Shown here: one piece after another, positions 55,029 through 64,000 of the stretch
Position numbering within the stretch: position 1 is the first letter of the stretch
How the letters are laid out: each line of letters opens with the position of its first letter
Assembly: GCA_963747235.1 (NCBI GenBank)
Contig: CAVVEU010000020.1
Span: 32,001-96,000, forward strand
Origin: an uncultured Candidatus Rokubacteria bacterium
GTDB taxonomy: Bacteria; Methylomirabilota; Methylomirabilia; Rokubacteriales; CSP1-6
Direction of reading: 5' to 3'
DNA length: 64,000 nt
Position numbers and translations under genes: made by a program
Notes under the pieces: generated by a model
What the model saw: the letters and a program-made list of their open reading frames with translations, nothing else
Told to the model about the DNA's origin: nothing
The model's database searches: none

Positions 55029-56246
55029 CTAGAGCGTGCCGCGCAGGGTTGCCACCGCCGCGGCCAGGCGCTCGACCTCGCCCGCCGTGGAGTGCACCGA
55101 GAAGCTCGCGCGCAGCGTGCCCGCGATGCCGAGGCGGCGCATCAGCGGCTGGGCGCAGTGAAAGCCCGCGCGCACCGCGATCCCCTGCTGGTCGAGCAGC
55201 GCGGCGCCGTCGTGGGGGTGCAGCCCCTCCACGTTGAAGGCCACCACCGCGCCCTTCATCTCGGGATTGCGCGGGCCGTAGAGGGTGACGCCCTCGATGC
55301 GCCCCAGCGCGTCCAGGCACTGCGCGACGAGCGCCTGCTCGTGGGCCAGCACCTCGCTCATGCCGAGCTTGCCGAGGTATTCGCACGCCGCGTGCAGCCC
55401 CACCGCCTCCGCGATCGGGGGCGTGCCCGGCTCGAAGCGCCACGGCAGGTCGTTCCACTGCGCGCGGTCGATCCAGACCTCCTTGATCATCTCGCCGCCG
55501 CCCCAGGCGGGCTCGAGCTTGTCCAGCACCTCGCGGCGCCCGTAGAGCACGCCGATGCCGGTGGGCCCGAGCATCTTGTGGCCGGAGAAGGCGTAGAAGT
55601 CGGCGCCGATCGCGTTCAGGTCGAGCGGGAGATGCGGCACCGCCTGGGCCCCGTCGAGCAGCACGAGCGCGCCGGCCCGGTGCGCGCGCTCCACGATCTG
55701 GGCCACCGGGTTGATCGTCCCGAGCACGTTGGAGACGTGGGCGACCGCCACCACGCGTGTGCGCGGGGAGAGCAGGCGGTCGAAGGCCTCGAGGTCGAGA
55801 TACCCCTCCCCGACCACCGGGATCGCGCGCAGCACCGCGCCGCGGTCGCGACAGGCCATCTGCCACGGGATCAGGTTCGAGTGGTGCTCGAGCTCGCTGA
55901 CGATGATCTCGTCGCCCGCCTTGAGCGTCCGTCCCACCGCCTGCGCCACCAGGTTGATCCCCTCGGTGGTGCCGCGCGTGAAGATGATCTCCTCGCGGCT
56001 GCGGGCGCCCACGAAGGCGCGCACCGCGTCCCGGGCCGCCTCGTACCGCTCGGTGGCTTCCTCGCCCAGGGTGTGGATGGAGCGGTGCACGTTGGCGTGG
56101 CTCGTCTGGTAGTAGTTCGAGATGGCCTCGATCACCGCGAGCGGCTTCTGGCTGGAGGCGGCCGAGTCGAGATAGACGAGCGGATGCCCGTTCACGATGC
56201 GGGAGAGGATCGGAAAGTCGCGGCGGGTCTTCTCGCCCAGGTTCAT
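55029..56246 (-). CDS. sufS: SufS-type cysteine desulfurase
   Basis: YLDSAASSQKP, EHHSN, FSGHKMLGPTG and VRAGFHCAQP motifs. Confidence 0.92.
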   Translation of the reverse strand: MNLGEKTRRDFPILSRIVNGHPLVYLDSAASSQKPLAVIEAISNYYQTSHANVHRSIHTLGEEATERYEAARDAVRAFVGARSREEIIFTRGTTEGINLVAQAVGRTLKAGDEIIVSELEHHSNLIPWQMACRDRGAVLRAIPVVGEGYLDLEAFDRLLSPRTRVVAVAHVSNVLGTINPVAQIVERAHRAGALVLLDGAQAVPHLPLDLNAIGADFYAFSGHKMLGPTGIGVLYGRREVLDKLEPAWGGGEMIKEVWIDRAQWNDLPWRFEPGTPPIAEAVGLHAACEYLGKLGMSEVLAHEQALVAQCLDALGRIEGVTLYGPRNPEMKGAVVAFNVEGLHPHDGAALLDQQGIAVRAGFHCAQPLMRRLGIAGTLRASFSVHSTAGEVERLAAAVATLRGTL

Positions 56247-56617
56247 CGCGTCACCTCCTGACCGCTGAGGGCCTCCTGCAGGACGCTCAGCGGGAGCGTC
56301 ACGCACTTCATCCGTGACGGCCGGATATCGGAATCGAGCCGCTCCAGCAGGCTCGACGGGGTCTGGGTCTGCGCGAAGCCCACCGGCTGGCCGAGCGCGG
56401 CCTCGAGCAGCAGGTCGGCGGAGGCCGCGCAGATCGCGCAGCAGTCGCCGGTCCAGCGGGCCTCGGCCAGGCGCCCGTCGGCGAGCCGGCCCTGGATGCG
56501 CACGCGGTCGCCGCAGAGCGGGTTCACGTCCTCGTGGGCCACGTCCGGGCGCTCGATCGCGCCGCGGAAGAGCGGCCGGCGGAAGCGCTCCCGGATCACG
56601 TCGCTGTAGAGCGCCAT
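56243..56617 (-). CDS. SufU/IscU-like sulfur-transfer protein
   Basis: NPLCGDRV, GDCCAICAASA and RMKCVTL cysteine motifs; overlaps the sufS start. Confidence 0.85.
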   Translation of the reverse strand: MALYSDVIRERFRRPLFRGAIERPDVAHEDVNPLCGDRVRIQGRLADGRLAEARWTGDCCAICAASADLLLEAALGQPVGFAQTQTPSSLLERLDSDIRPSRMKCVTLPLSVLQEALSGQEVTR

Positions 56618-56619
56618 GG

Positions 56620-57666
56620 TTACTCGGCCAGCTCGCCGCGGGCGCCGGTCTTGCGGTACGGCGGGAAGCGGTACGCGCTGTCGCGCGAGAGCAGGCCGCC
56701 GTGGCCGAGGGCGGCGATCTCGGCCGCGCCGGTCGGGAGCCCGGCCAGGATGCGCGGCAGCACCAGGTCGAACGTGGTCGCCTGCGAGAACATGCCGCAG
56801 GCGGGCATGCCGAGCACCGGGTGCCCGCGCACCTCCGCGATCCACAGCAGGCTGCCCGGATGGGCCGGCGCGCCGTGCCGGATCATGCGGCCGCCCAGGC
56901 GCTCGAGCCCCGCGAAGACCGGATCGAGCGGATCGAGCGAGCCCGCGCCGGCCGCGATCAGGATGTCGGCGCCGGCGGCCAGCAGGGCCTCCATCTCGCC
57001 CGCGACCGCGGCGGCGTCCCCGGCCGCGTAGCGCACCGGCAGCAGCCGCGAGCCGAACCAGTCCACCTTCTCGGTCAGGGAAGACTCGAAGCGCTGGCGC
57101 TGGGGCGGAGCCAGGGTCTCGCGGCTCAGCGCGGCCAGCACGTGAGGCTGGAAGGGCTTCACCGAGACGAGCCCGCCCGCGCTCGCCGCGCGGCTCTCCG
57201 CGTCCTTCACCAGCCGCTCCGGGATGGCCAGCGGGGTGATCTTGGCCCGGGCCACCGGCTCGCCCGACTCCACCGGCTGCAGATCGTAGAGCGTGAAGAC
57301 CGACATGCCCTCGAGCCCGTTGACCGCCGCGACCGCGGGCGCGTTGACGCCGACGAGGCCGCGCCGCTGCGCCGCGAGCGTCCACTGCCCGCCGGTATAG
57401 CCCTTGACCTCCACGTTGGCGCCGCAGGCCGCGGCGGCCAGGCGCGAGCCGGCCGGCTCCTCGTGCACGTCGCCCGGTTCCAGCTCGAGCAGGTGCACCT
57501 CCTGCCAGGGCAGCGCGAGCAGGCGCGCCGCCGCGGCCGCGTCGAGCGTCTGGCCCTTCGAGATGGCCACCTTCCCGGCCTGGTCGCGCACGTCGTGGCA
57601 CGCGATGCGCCCCTCGAGCGCGTCGGGGGTGACGTCGCTATTCCGGTTTACGGCAACGGCCTTCAA
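56620..57666 (-). CDS. molybdopterin-binding protein (MoeA/MoCF-like domain)
   Basis: DVHEEPAG, AKITPLAI, SLDPLDP, GAPAHPGSLLW, VLGMPAC and GHGGLL motifs; Moco-maturation context. Confidence 0.75.
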   Translation of the reverse strand: MKAVAVNRNSDVTPDALEGRIACHDVRDQAGKVAISKGQTLDAAAAARLLALPWQEVHLLELEPGDVHEEPAGSRLAAAACGANVEVKGYTGGQWTLAAQRRGLVGVNAPAVAAVNGLEGMSVFTLYDLQPVESGEPVARAKITPLAIPERLVKDAESRAASAGGLVSVKPFQPHVLAALSRETLAPPQRQRFESSLTEKVDWFGSRLLPVRYAAGDAAAVAGEMEALLAAGADILIAAGAGSLDPLDPVFAGLERLGGRMIRHGAPAHPGSLLWIAEVRGHPVLGMPACGMFSQATTFDLVLPRILAGLPTGAAEIAALGHGGLLSRDSAYRFPPYRKTGARGELAE

Positions 57667-57678
57667 GGCTTGTTCTGA

Positions 57679-57720
57679 TTGGGGGGGAGCGGCGCCGCTC
57701 CTCCCCCAAGCCCCCCCACC
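57679..57720. repeat. G/C-run palindrome (hairpin plus trailing C-tract)
   Basis: TTGGGGGGGAGCGG-CG-CCGCTCCTCCCCCAA-gcccccccacc, intergenic between xdhC and the next gene. Confidence 0.55.
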
Positions 57721-57764
57721 ACACTCATCATTCGTCTGTCCTCGGGCTCCATGCTCGGCCGCGC

Positions 57765-58854
57765 CTACTTGAGGCCGCGGCGTACTTTCTCGGAGATGGG
57801 CATGCCGGTGGCGTTGCGATGGGTGGCCAGGGCCTCGGCCAGGATGCTCAGCGCGATCTCGGGCGCGGACTGGGCGCCCAGGTCGAGCCCGATCGGCACG
57901 CGCACGCGCAGCAGCGCGTCCTCGGCCACGCCGTCCTCGCGCAGCAGGTTCAGGATCGCCGCGCCCACGCCGGCTGCTGCCGAGGAGCCCGATGTAGCCC
58001 GCCGGCGTGCTCAGGGCGTGCTTGAGCACCGGGAGGTCGTACTTGTAGTCGTGGGCGACCAGCACCAGCGCGGTGGTCGGGATCAGCGGGACCTGCTGCA
58101 CCAGCTCCGACGGCACGCCGATCCGGAGATCGTCCACGTCCGGGAAGCGCTCCTTGGTGGCGAAGCGCGGCCGGCCGTCGATCACGATCGTGCGGAAGCC
58201 GAGCGTTCTGGCCAGCGTGACGAGCGGCATCGCCACGTGGCTGGCGCCGACCACGATCAGCGTGGAGGGCGGCGCGAAGACTTCCGCGAAGGCGCGCACG
58301 TTCTCGAGGAACAGCGTCCGCGACTTCCCCGCGGCCATGGCCTCGCGGGCCTCCGCGGCGAAGCGCTGGTCGAGGAAGGTATCGCCGAGCGTGCCCTCCT
58401 GCTTGCCGTCGTCGAGCAGCAGGAGCTTGGCGCCGTTGTGGGGCGCATCGAGGCGGGTCACGATCACCGCCCGCCCGCCCTGCTCGGCGTGGACGCGCGC
58501 CCGCTCGTAGTAGACGAGCGTCGTGTCGTCCTTGTCGCCGAGCGTCACCGGCTCCAGGAAGACCTCGATGGTGCCGCCGCAGGTGAGCCCGATCTCCCAC
58601 GCTTCCTCGTCGCCCAGGTTCAGCTCGAGGAGCCGCGGGGCGTTCTTGCCGAGCACGTCGGCCGATTCCTCGATGACCTGCGCGTCCACGCAGCCGCCGA
58701 TGGTGACCGAGCCGAGCACGCGCCCGCCCTCGCCCACCAGCATCTTCGCCCCTTCCTTCCGGGGCGTGGTGCCGCGCGTGTTGACGAGGGTGGCCACCGT
58801 CACCTTGGACTCGTTCTGCTTGAGCTGGTTCAGCTGCTCGGAGAGCTCGGTCAT
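57765..58854 (-). CDS. XdhC/CoxF family Moco-insertion chaperone (frameshift near 57965)
   Basis: GTTPRKEGAKM, GGCVD, GLTCGGTIEVF, YIGLLGS and PIGLDLGAQSAPEIALSILAE motifs. Confidence 0.9.
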
Positions 58855-58859
58855 GTCGA

Positions 58860-60014
58860 CTACCTCAGGTTGAGATGGCTGGCCAGGTCGCGCAGGCTCG
58901 CCAGGTTATGCGCCGCCGCGAAGTGGTCCACGAGCGGCAGCGCCGCGGCCATCCCTCGCGTGAGGGGCTCGTAGGACGGATTGCCCAGCAGCGGGTTGAG
59001 CCAGATGAGCCGGCCCGCCTTGCGCTTGATCGCCAGCATCTCGTTGGCCAGGATCTCGGGCTCGCCGGTATCCCAGCCGTCCGACAGCACGAGGACGATG
59101 GTGTGCCGATCCACCAGGTTCCCCCACCGCGCATTGAACTCCTGCAAGGATTCCCCGATCCGGGTCCCACCGGAGAAGTCCCGCACCTCGGTCAGCTTCG
59201 CCAGGGCCTGGCGGTAGGACGCACCCTTGAGATGCTCGGTCACCCGCGTCAGTCGCGTCGAGAAGGTGAAGGTCTCGACCCGGCCGAAGACGTTCTGGAG
59301 CGCGTAGAGGAACTGGAGCAGGAAGCGGCTGTAGAGGTCCATCGAGCCCGAGACGTCGCAGAGCAGGACGAGCCGGACCTTGCGCCTCCGGCGCTCTCGC
59401 CTCCGGAGCTCGATGATCTCGCCCTTCATGAGGTTGGCCCGCATGCTGCGCCGCATGTCGATGACCCCGCCCCGTCGGGTCGGCCGCTTGCGCCGGCTGA
59501 TGCGCCGGGCCAGCCGCTTGGCGATCAGGATCGTGAGCCGGGCCACCTCGTCGAGATCCTCAACCGGAAAGGCCGAAAAGTCCTGATCCATGAGGATTTC
59601 TCGGTCACTGACCCCGGGGACCTCGAGCGGCTCTCCGTCGTCGTCGCCCTCTTCCTCCCAGCCTTCGAGCGCCACCGAGACCTTCTTCTGCGCCGCCTCC
59701 GCCCCGGTATTGCCGGCGTGCTCCTCCGGGATGGCCGCCTCGGTCGGGCTCATGAGGCCGTCGAGCCCCTGCCCCTCGTCGGCCTGGAAGCGCCAGAAGA
59801 CGTCGAAGCAGCGGTCGAAGGCGGGGAACTCCTCCCGCCGGGCGACCAGGGTCGTGCGCAGCGCCAGGTAGACGTCCTGGCGGTCCATCAGGTCCACGAC
59901 CTCGAGCGCCCGCACCCCGTCCATCAGCTCGCCGACGGTGAGCGGCAGCCCCGCCGCCCGCAGCATCTGGCCGAAGCGGAGGACGGCGGTGGTGAGGTCG
60001 CGGGGTCCCGCCAT
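58860..60014 (-). CDS. coxE: CoxE-like VWA domain protein
   Basis: LCDVSGSM MIDAS, SGGTRIG, LSDGWD and WLNPL motifs. Confidence 0.85.
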   Translation of the reverse strand: MAGPRDLTTAVLRFGQMLRAAGLPLTVGELMDGVRALEVVDLMDRQDVYLALRTTLVARREEFPAFDRCFDVFWRFQADEGQGLDGLMSPTEAAIPEEHAGNTGAEAAQKKVSVALEGWEEEGDDDGEPLEVPGVSDREILMDQDFSAFPVEDLDEVARLTILIAKRLARRISRRKRPTRRGGVIDMRRSMRANLMKGEIIELRRRERRRRKVRLVLLCDVSGSMDLYSRFLLQFLYALQNVFGRVETFTFSTRLTRVTEHLKGASYRQALAKLTEVRDFSGGTRIGESLQEFNARWGNLVDRHTIVLVLSDGWDTGEPEILANEMLAIKRKAGRLIWLNPLLGNPSYEPLTRGMAAALPLVDHFAAAHNLASLRDLASHLNLR

Positions 60015-60015
60015 G

Positions 60016-60907
60016 CTAGCCCTCGGCGGCCACGAAGCGCTTGAGGCCGCTCGACGTCAGCTCCCGCTTGAAGCGCTTGATGTCGTCGGCGTCCTTGAGC
60101 ACGCAGCCGAGCGTCTCCAGCACCAGGTCCTCGTCGAGATGATTGGCGTGCAGCGAGGCCAGGGCCTGCGCCCAGTCGAGGCTCTCGGCCACCCCCGGCA
60201 CCTTGGAGAGGCGCATGGTGCGGAGGCCTTCCATGAAGCGCGAGATCTCGCGGGCGAGCGCCTCGTTCACCCCGGGGACCTTGCGGGTGACGATGCGCAC
60301 TTCCTTCTCGAACCCCGGGAAGTCGATCCAGAGATAGAGACAGCGCCGGCGCAGCGCATCGGAGAGCTCGCGCACCCGGTTCGACGTGAGGATGACGTAC
60401 GGCGGGATGCTTGGCCTTGATCGTGCCGAGCTCGGGGATCGTCACCTGGAACTCGGAGAGCACCTCGAGGAGGAACGCCTCGAATTCCTCATCCGCGCGG
60501 TCGACCTCGTCCACCAGCAGCACCGGCGGCCTGCCGTCCTGGCTGATCGCCTGGAGCAGCGGGCGGCGGATCAGGAAGGGCTCGGAGAAGATCGTCGCTT
60601 CCTTCTCGCCGAGGCTGTGGGTGGTCGCCTCCTCGAGCTTGATGTGCAGGAGCTGCTTGGGGTAGTTCCACTCGTAGAGCGCCTGCGCGGCGTCGAGCCC
60701 CTCGTAGCACTGCAGGCGAATGAGGTTGGTGTCGAGCATCCGCGCCATCACCTTGGCGACCTCGGTCTTGCCCACACCCGCGTGTCCCTCGATGAGGAGC
60801 GGCTTCTTGAGCGTCATGGCCAGGTGCACGGACGTCGCGATGGCCGGATCCGTGACGTAGTCGGCCTTCTCCATCATCTGCTGGATCTTCTCGATTTCGG
60901 CTCTCAT
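60016..60907 (-). CDS. coxD: CoxD-like MoxR AAA+ ATPase (frameshift near 60400)
   Basis: EGHAGVGKTE, RLQCYEGLD, DEVDRADEEFE and RELSDALRRRC motifs. Confidence 0.85.
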
Positions 60908-60919
60908 GGCCCTCTCAGT

Positions 60920-61534
60920 CTACACCGCGTGATTGCCTGCCCGGAGGTTCGCCCGGATCTTCTCATAGTCGTCGGGCGTGTCCACGTCCGGCGGCATGGG
61001 CAGGTCGAGCTCGACCCACTCCACGCGGGTCGGCTCCTTCTGGATGATGGGCCGCGCGCCCTGGTCTCCCGTCAGGCGCAGCAGCTCGGGAAAGATCTCG
61101 CGCTTGAACACCACCGGGTTGCCCTGCCCGTCGCGGTAGCGCGGCGCCACGATCAGCTTGGGGCTCGTGCGCCGCGCCGCCAGGAGCGCCGGAATGATGG
61201 AGGGCGCCAGCAAGGGCTGGTCGCCGAGCGCGATCAGGACCGCGTCCACCGACGGGGGCAGCGCGGCGATGCCCGTGCGGACCGAGCCGGCCTGGCCCTC
61301 CTCGGGCGCCGGGTTCTCCGCGATCTGCACCTCGATGCCGGACAGGGCCGCCTCGATCGGCTCGACGTCGGGCCCGGTCACCACCCACACCGAGTCCACC
61401 CCGCCCGCCAGGACGCTCTCGACGACGTACCGGATGATCGCCCGGCCGCCCACCTTCATGAGCACCTTGGACTGACCCATGCGGCGCGAGAGGCCGGCGG
61501 CGAGCACGATCCCCGCGATCATCCCGCGCTCCAA
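60920..61534 (-). CDS. mocA: molybdenum cofactor cytidylyltransferase, MocA-like
   Basis: LAAGLSRRMG, LGDQP, GNPV, GDQGAR and DVDTPDD motifs; next to a molybdenum hydroxylase. Confidence 0.8.
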   Translation of the reverse strand: MERGMIAGIVLAAGLSRRMGQSKVLMKVGGRAIIRYVVESVLAGGVDSVWVVTGPDVEPIEAALSGIEVQIAENPAPEEGQAGSVRTGIAALPPSVDAVLIALGDQPLLAPSIIPALLAARRTSPKLIVAPRYRDGQGNPVVFKREIFPELLRLTGDQGARPIIQKEPTRVEWVELDLPMPPDVDTPDDYEKIRANLRAGNHAV

Positions 61535-61596
61535 AAACGACGCCCCGCGGAGGCCATCCCGCGGGGCTCGTCGACCGGACGTCTCACCCGAGCGGC

Positions 61597-62460
61597 TTAC
61601 TTCACGGCCGCGGCGGCCGCCTCCATCGCCCGCTTGGCGAAGACCCGCACCAGGTGGCTCTTGTACTCCACCGTGCCCTGCAGATCGGCCTGGACGTCCA
61701 CGCCCTCGGCCGCCTTCTCGGCCGCCGCCTGGATGGACGCCGCGTCGGCCGCCTTGCCGGTGATCGCGGCTTCCACGCCCTTGGCGCGCACCGCCTTGGT
61801 GCCCGCGCCGGTGACCGCGACGCTGGCCTTGCCGACCTTGCCGCCGTCCACGCTCAGCACCGCCGCGACGCCGACCACCGCGAACCGCGAGGCCGGATGC
61901 GGGAACTTCATGTAGGCGGCGCCGGTCTTGCCCGCCATCGCGGGGACGCGCACCTCGGTCAGGATCTCGTCTTCCGCGAGCGCGGTGGTGAGCAGGCCCT
62001 TGAAGAAATCATCGGCCTTGATGGTGCGCTTGCCCTTGGGGCCCTCGGCCACCATCTCCGCGCCGAGCGCGATGATCGCGGCCGGGTAGTCGGCGGCCGG
62101 GTCCGCGTGGGCCAGGCTGCCGCCGATCGTGCCCATGTTGCGCACCATCGGGTCCCCGATCTGGGCGGCCACCGCGGCGAGCATCGGGCACTTCGCCTTC
62201 ACGACCGCCGAGGACTCGACCTGGTAGTGGGTGGTCATCGCGCCGATGACGAGCGTGGTGCCGTCTTCCTTGATGCCGGACAGGCCGGACACTTTCCGGA
62301 GATCGACGAGGTGCTTCGGCTGGGCCAGGCGCAGCTTCATGGCCGGGAGCAGGCTGTGCCCGCCCGCCAGCAGCTTGGCGTCGTCCTTGTGGCGCCCGAG
62401 CAGGTCCAGCGCCTCTCGCACGGTGCCGGGCGTGTGGTACTCGAACTGGGCTGGGTACAT
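61597..62460 (-). CDS. coxM: CoxM/CutM-like FAD-binding medium subunit
   Basis: MYPAQFEYH, LAGGHSLLPAMKLR and RNMGTIGGSLAHADPAAD motifs. Confidence 0.88.
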   Translation of the reverse strand: MYPAQFEYHTPGTVREALDLLGRHKDDAKLLAGGHSLLPAMKLRLAQPKHLVDLRKVSGLSGIKEDGTTLVIGAMTTHYQVESSAVVKAKCPMLAAVAAQIGDPMVRNMGTIGGSLAHADPAADYPAAIIALGAEMVAEGPKGKRTIKADDFFKGLLTTALAEDEILTEVRVPAMAGKTGAAYMKFPHPASRFAVVGVAAVLSVDGGKVGKASVAVTGAGTKAVRAKGVEAAITGKAADAASIQAAAEKAAEGVDVQADLQGTVEYKSHLVRVFAKRAMEAAAAAVK

Positions 62461-62474
62461 GTCGGCGTCTCCCC

Positions 62475-64000
62475 TTACTTCCTGGATTTGGCGGCCTGAG
62501 CGGTTTTCCAGACCCGCTCCGGCGTGAGTGGCATGGCGTCGATGTGGTCCACGCCGAGCCCCGACAGGGCGTCCACCACCGCGTTGACCACCGCCGGCGT
62601 CGAGGCGATCGTGCCCGTCTCGCCCGCTCCCTTGACGCCGAGCGGGTTCACGAGCGTGGGCGTCTCGGTGCGGTCGGTCTCGTAGAACGGCAGCATGTCC
62701 GCCTTGGGGAGCGTGTAGTCCATCATGCTCCCGCTGACGAGCTGCCCGGAGGCCTTGTCGTACACCGCCTCCTCCCAGAGCGCCTGCGCCACGCCCTGGG
62801 CGATGCCCCCGTGGACCATGCCGTCCACGATCATCGGGTTGATCACGTTGCCGACGTCGTCCACCGCGACGTAACGAAGGATCTTCACGTGGCCGGTGTC
62901 CGGATCCACCTCGACCATGCAGGCGTGGGCGCCGAACGGGAAGCAGAAGTTGGACGGGTCGTAGAAGCTCGTCTCCTCGAGACCCGGCTCCACGCCCTCC
63001 GGATAGTTGTGCGGCACGTACGCGGTGAGCGCGACCTGGCCGAACGGGATCGCCTTCTCGGGCGAGCCCTTGACCACGAACTGGCCGTTGACGTACTCCA
63101 TGTCCTTCGGATTCGCCTCGAGGAGGTGGGCGGCGATCTTCTTGCCCTTCTCCTTGATCTTGTCGAGCGACATCACGATGGCGGTGCCGCCCACCGAGGC
63201 CGAGCGGCTGCCGTAGGTGCCCATGCCGAACGGCACGCGGCCGGTGTCGCCGTGCACGATCTCGATGTCGTCCATCGGGATGCCGAGGGAGTCGGCCACG
63301 ATCTGGGCCATGGTGGTCTCGTGCCCCTGCCCGTGCGAGTGGGAGCCGGTGAACACGCTGACCTTGCCGGTGGGATGCACCTGGACCTTGCCGGACTCCC
63401 AGAGACCCGCCTGGGCGCCGAGCGAGCCCACGACCTTGGAGGGCGCGATGCTGCAGGCCTCGATGTAGGTCGAGAAGCCGATGCCCATCAGCCGGCCCTG
63501 CGCGCGCGCCGCCGCCTGGTCGGCCCGGAACTTCTTGTAGTCGATCATGCCGAGCAGCTTGTCGAGGGCGCCCAGGTAGTTGCCGCTGTCGTAGGACAGC
63601 GCGACCTTGGTCTGGTAGCCGTCGGAGAACTTCGGGATGAAGTTCTTCTTCCGGATGTCCACCGGGTCCATCTTGAGCGCGGCCGCCGCGGCGTCCACCA
63701 TCCGCTCGAGCAGGTAGCAGGCCTCGGGCCGTCCGGCCCCGCGGTAGGCGTCCACCGGCGTGGTGTTGGTGAAGACGCCGGTGACCTCCGCGTGGATCGC
63801 GGGCCACTCGTACACTCCGTTGAGCAGCGTGGCGTACAGATACGTCGGCACCGCCGGCGCGAACGTCGAGAGATAGGCGCCCAGGTTGGCGGTGGTCTTC
63901 ACGCGCAGGCCCAGGAACTTGCCGTCCTTGGCGAGCGCGATCTCGGCGTCGGTCACGTGGTCGCGCCCGTGGGCGTCGGTCTGGAAGGCCTCGCGGCGCG
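62475..64000 (-). CDS. coxL: form II CoxL-like molybdenum hydroxylase large subunit (5'-truncated by the window)
   Basis: AYRGAGR active-site loop, HGQGHET, GTYGSRS, HGGIAQG and GVKGAGE motifs. Confidence 0.88.
   Translation of the reverse strand, partial: RREAFQTDAHGRDHVTDAEIALAKDGKFLGLRVKTTANLGAYLSTFAPAVPTYLYATLLNGVYEWPAIHAEVTGVFTNTTPVDAYRGAGRPEACYLLERMVDAAAAALKMDPVDIRKKNFIPKFSDGYQTKVALSYDSGNYLGALDKLLGMIDYKKFRADQAAARAQGRLMGIGFSTYIEACSIAPSKVVGSLGAQAGLWESGKVQVHPTGKVSVFTGSHSHGQGHETTMAQIVADSLGIPMDDIEIVHGDTGRVPFGMGTYGSRSASVGGTAIVMSLDKIKEKGKKIAAHLLEANPKDMEYVNGQFVVKGSPEKAIPFGQVALTAYVPHNYPEGVEPGLEETSFYDPSNFCFPFGAHACMVEVDPDTGHVKILRYVAVDDVGNVINPMIVDGMVHGGIAQGVAQALWEEAVYDKASGQLVSGSMMDYTLPKADMLPFYETDRTETPTLVNPLGVKGAGETGTIASTPAVVNAVVDALSGLGVDHIDAMPLTPERVWKTAQAAKSRK

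Noticed and set aside
62475-64000. Evidence for aerobic CO oxidation
   Set aside because: The active-site loop is AYRGAGR (form II), not the Cu-binding AYxCSFR of form I.

Overview
A very GC-rich bacterial chromosome segment from a diderm organism. Gene content and style suggest Ca. Rokubacteria/Methylomirabilota, but that is inference only. Almost all genes lie on the minus strand. In window order: (i) an LPS/outer-membrane block of five GT4 glycosyltransferases, waaF, lpxK, waaA, a DUF374/LpxJ-like acyltransferase, lpxB, lpxI, a GnnA-like oxidoreductase, lpxA, lpxD, skp, bamA, clpC, lolD and lolC/E; (ii) housekeeping genes lysS, prfB (programmed frameshift), lnt, a metallophosphoesterase, nusB, ribH/ribBA/ribE/ribD, ftsY, rodZ-like, smc, secA, recN, NAD kinase and tlyA; (iii) an envelope-protease-rich stretch with a rhomboid, an exported M16 peptidase pair, a divergently transcribed secreted protein containing about 36 tandem (G/S/A)Q(D/N)(V/I)QAPR octapeptides behind a candidate sigma54/IHF promoter, phnE/phnC/HIT, a tiny PARP/LIM-like zinc-finger ORF, an HtrA protease, tRNA-Ala(CGC) and SPFH-NfeD; (iv) agmatinase, sufS-sufU and a form II CoxL-type molybdenum hydroxylase cluster with maturation genes. 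About a dozen genes, several essential, carry short frameshifts that are best explained as long-read indel errors. The best candidate for an undescribed system is the secreted octapeptide-repeat protein and its head-to-head M16 peptidase pair. All functional calls come from motif recognition by eye; no database searches were run.
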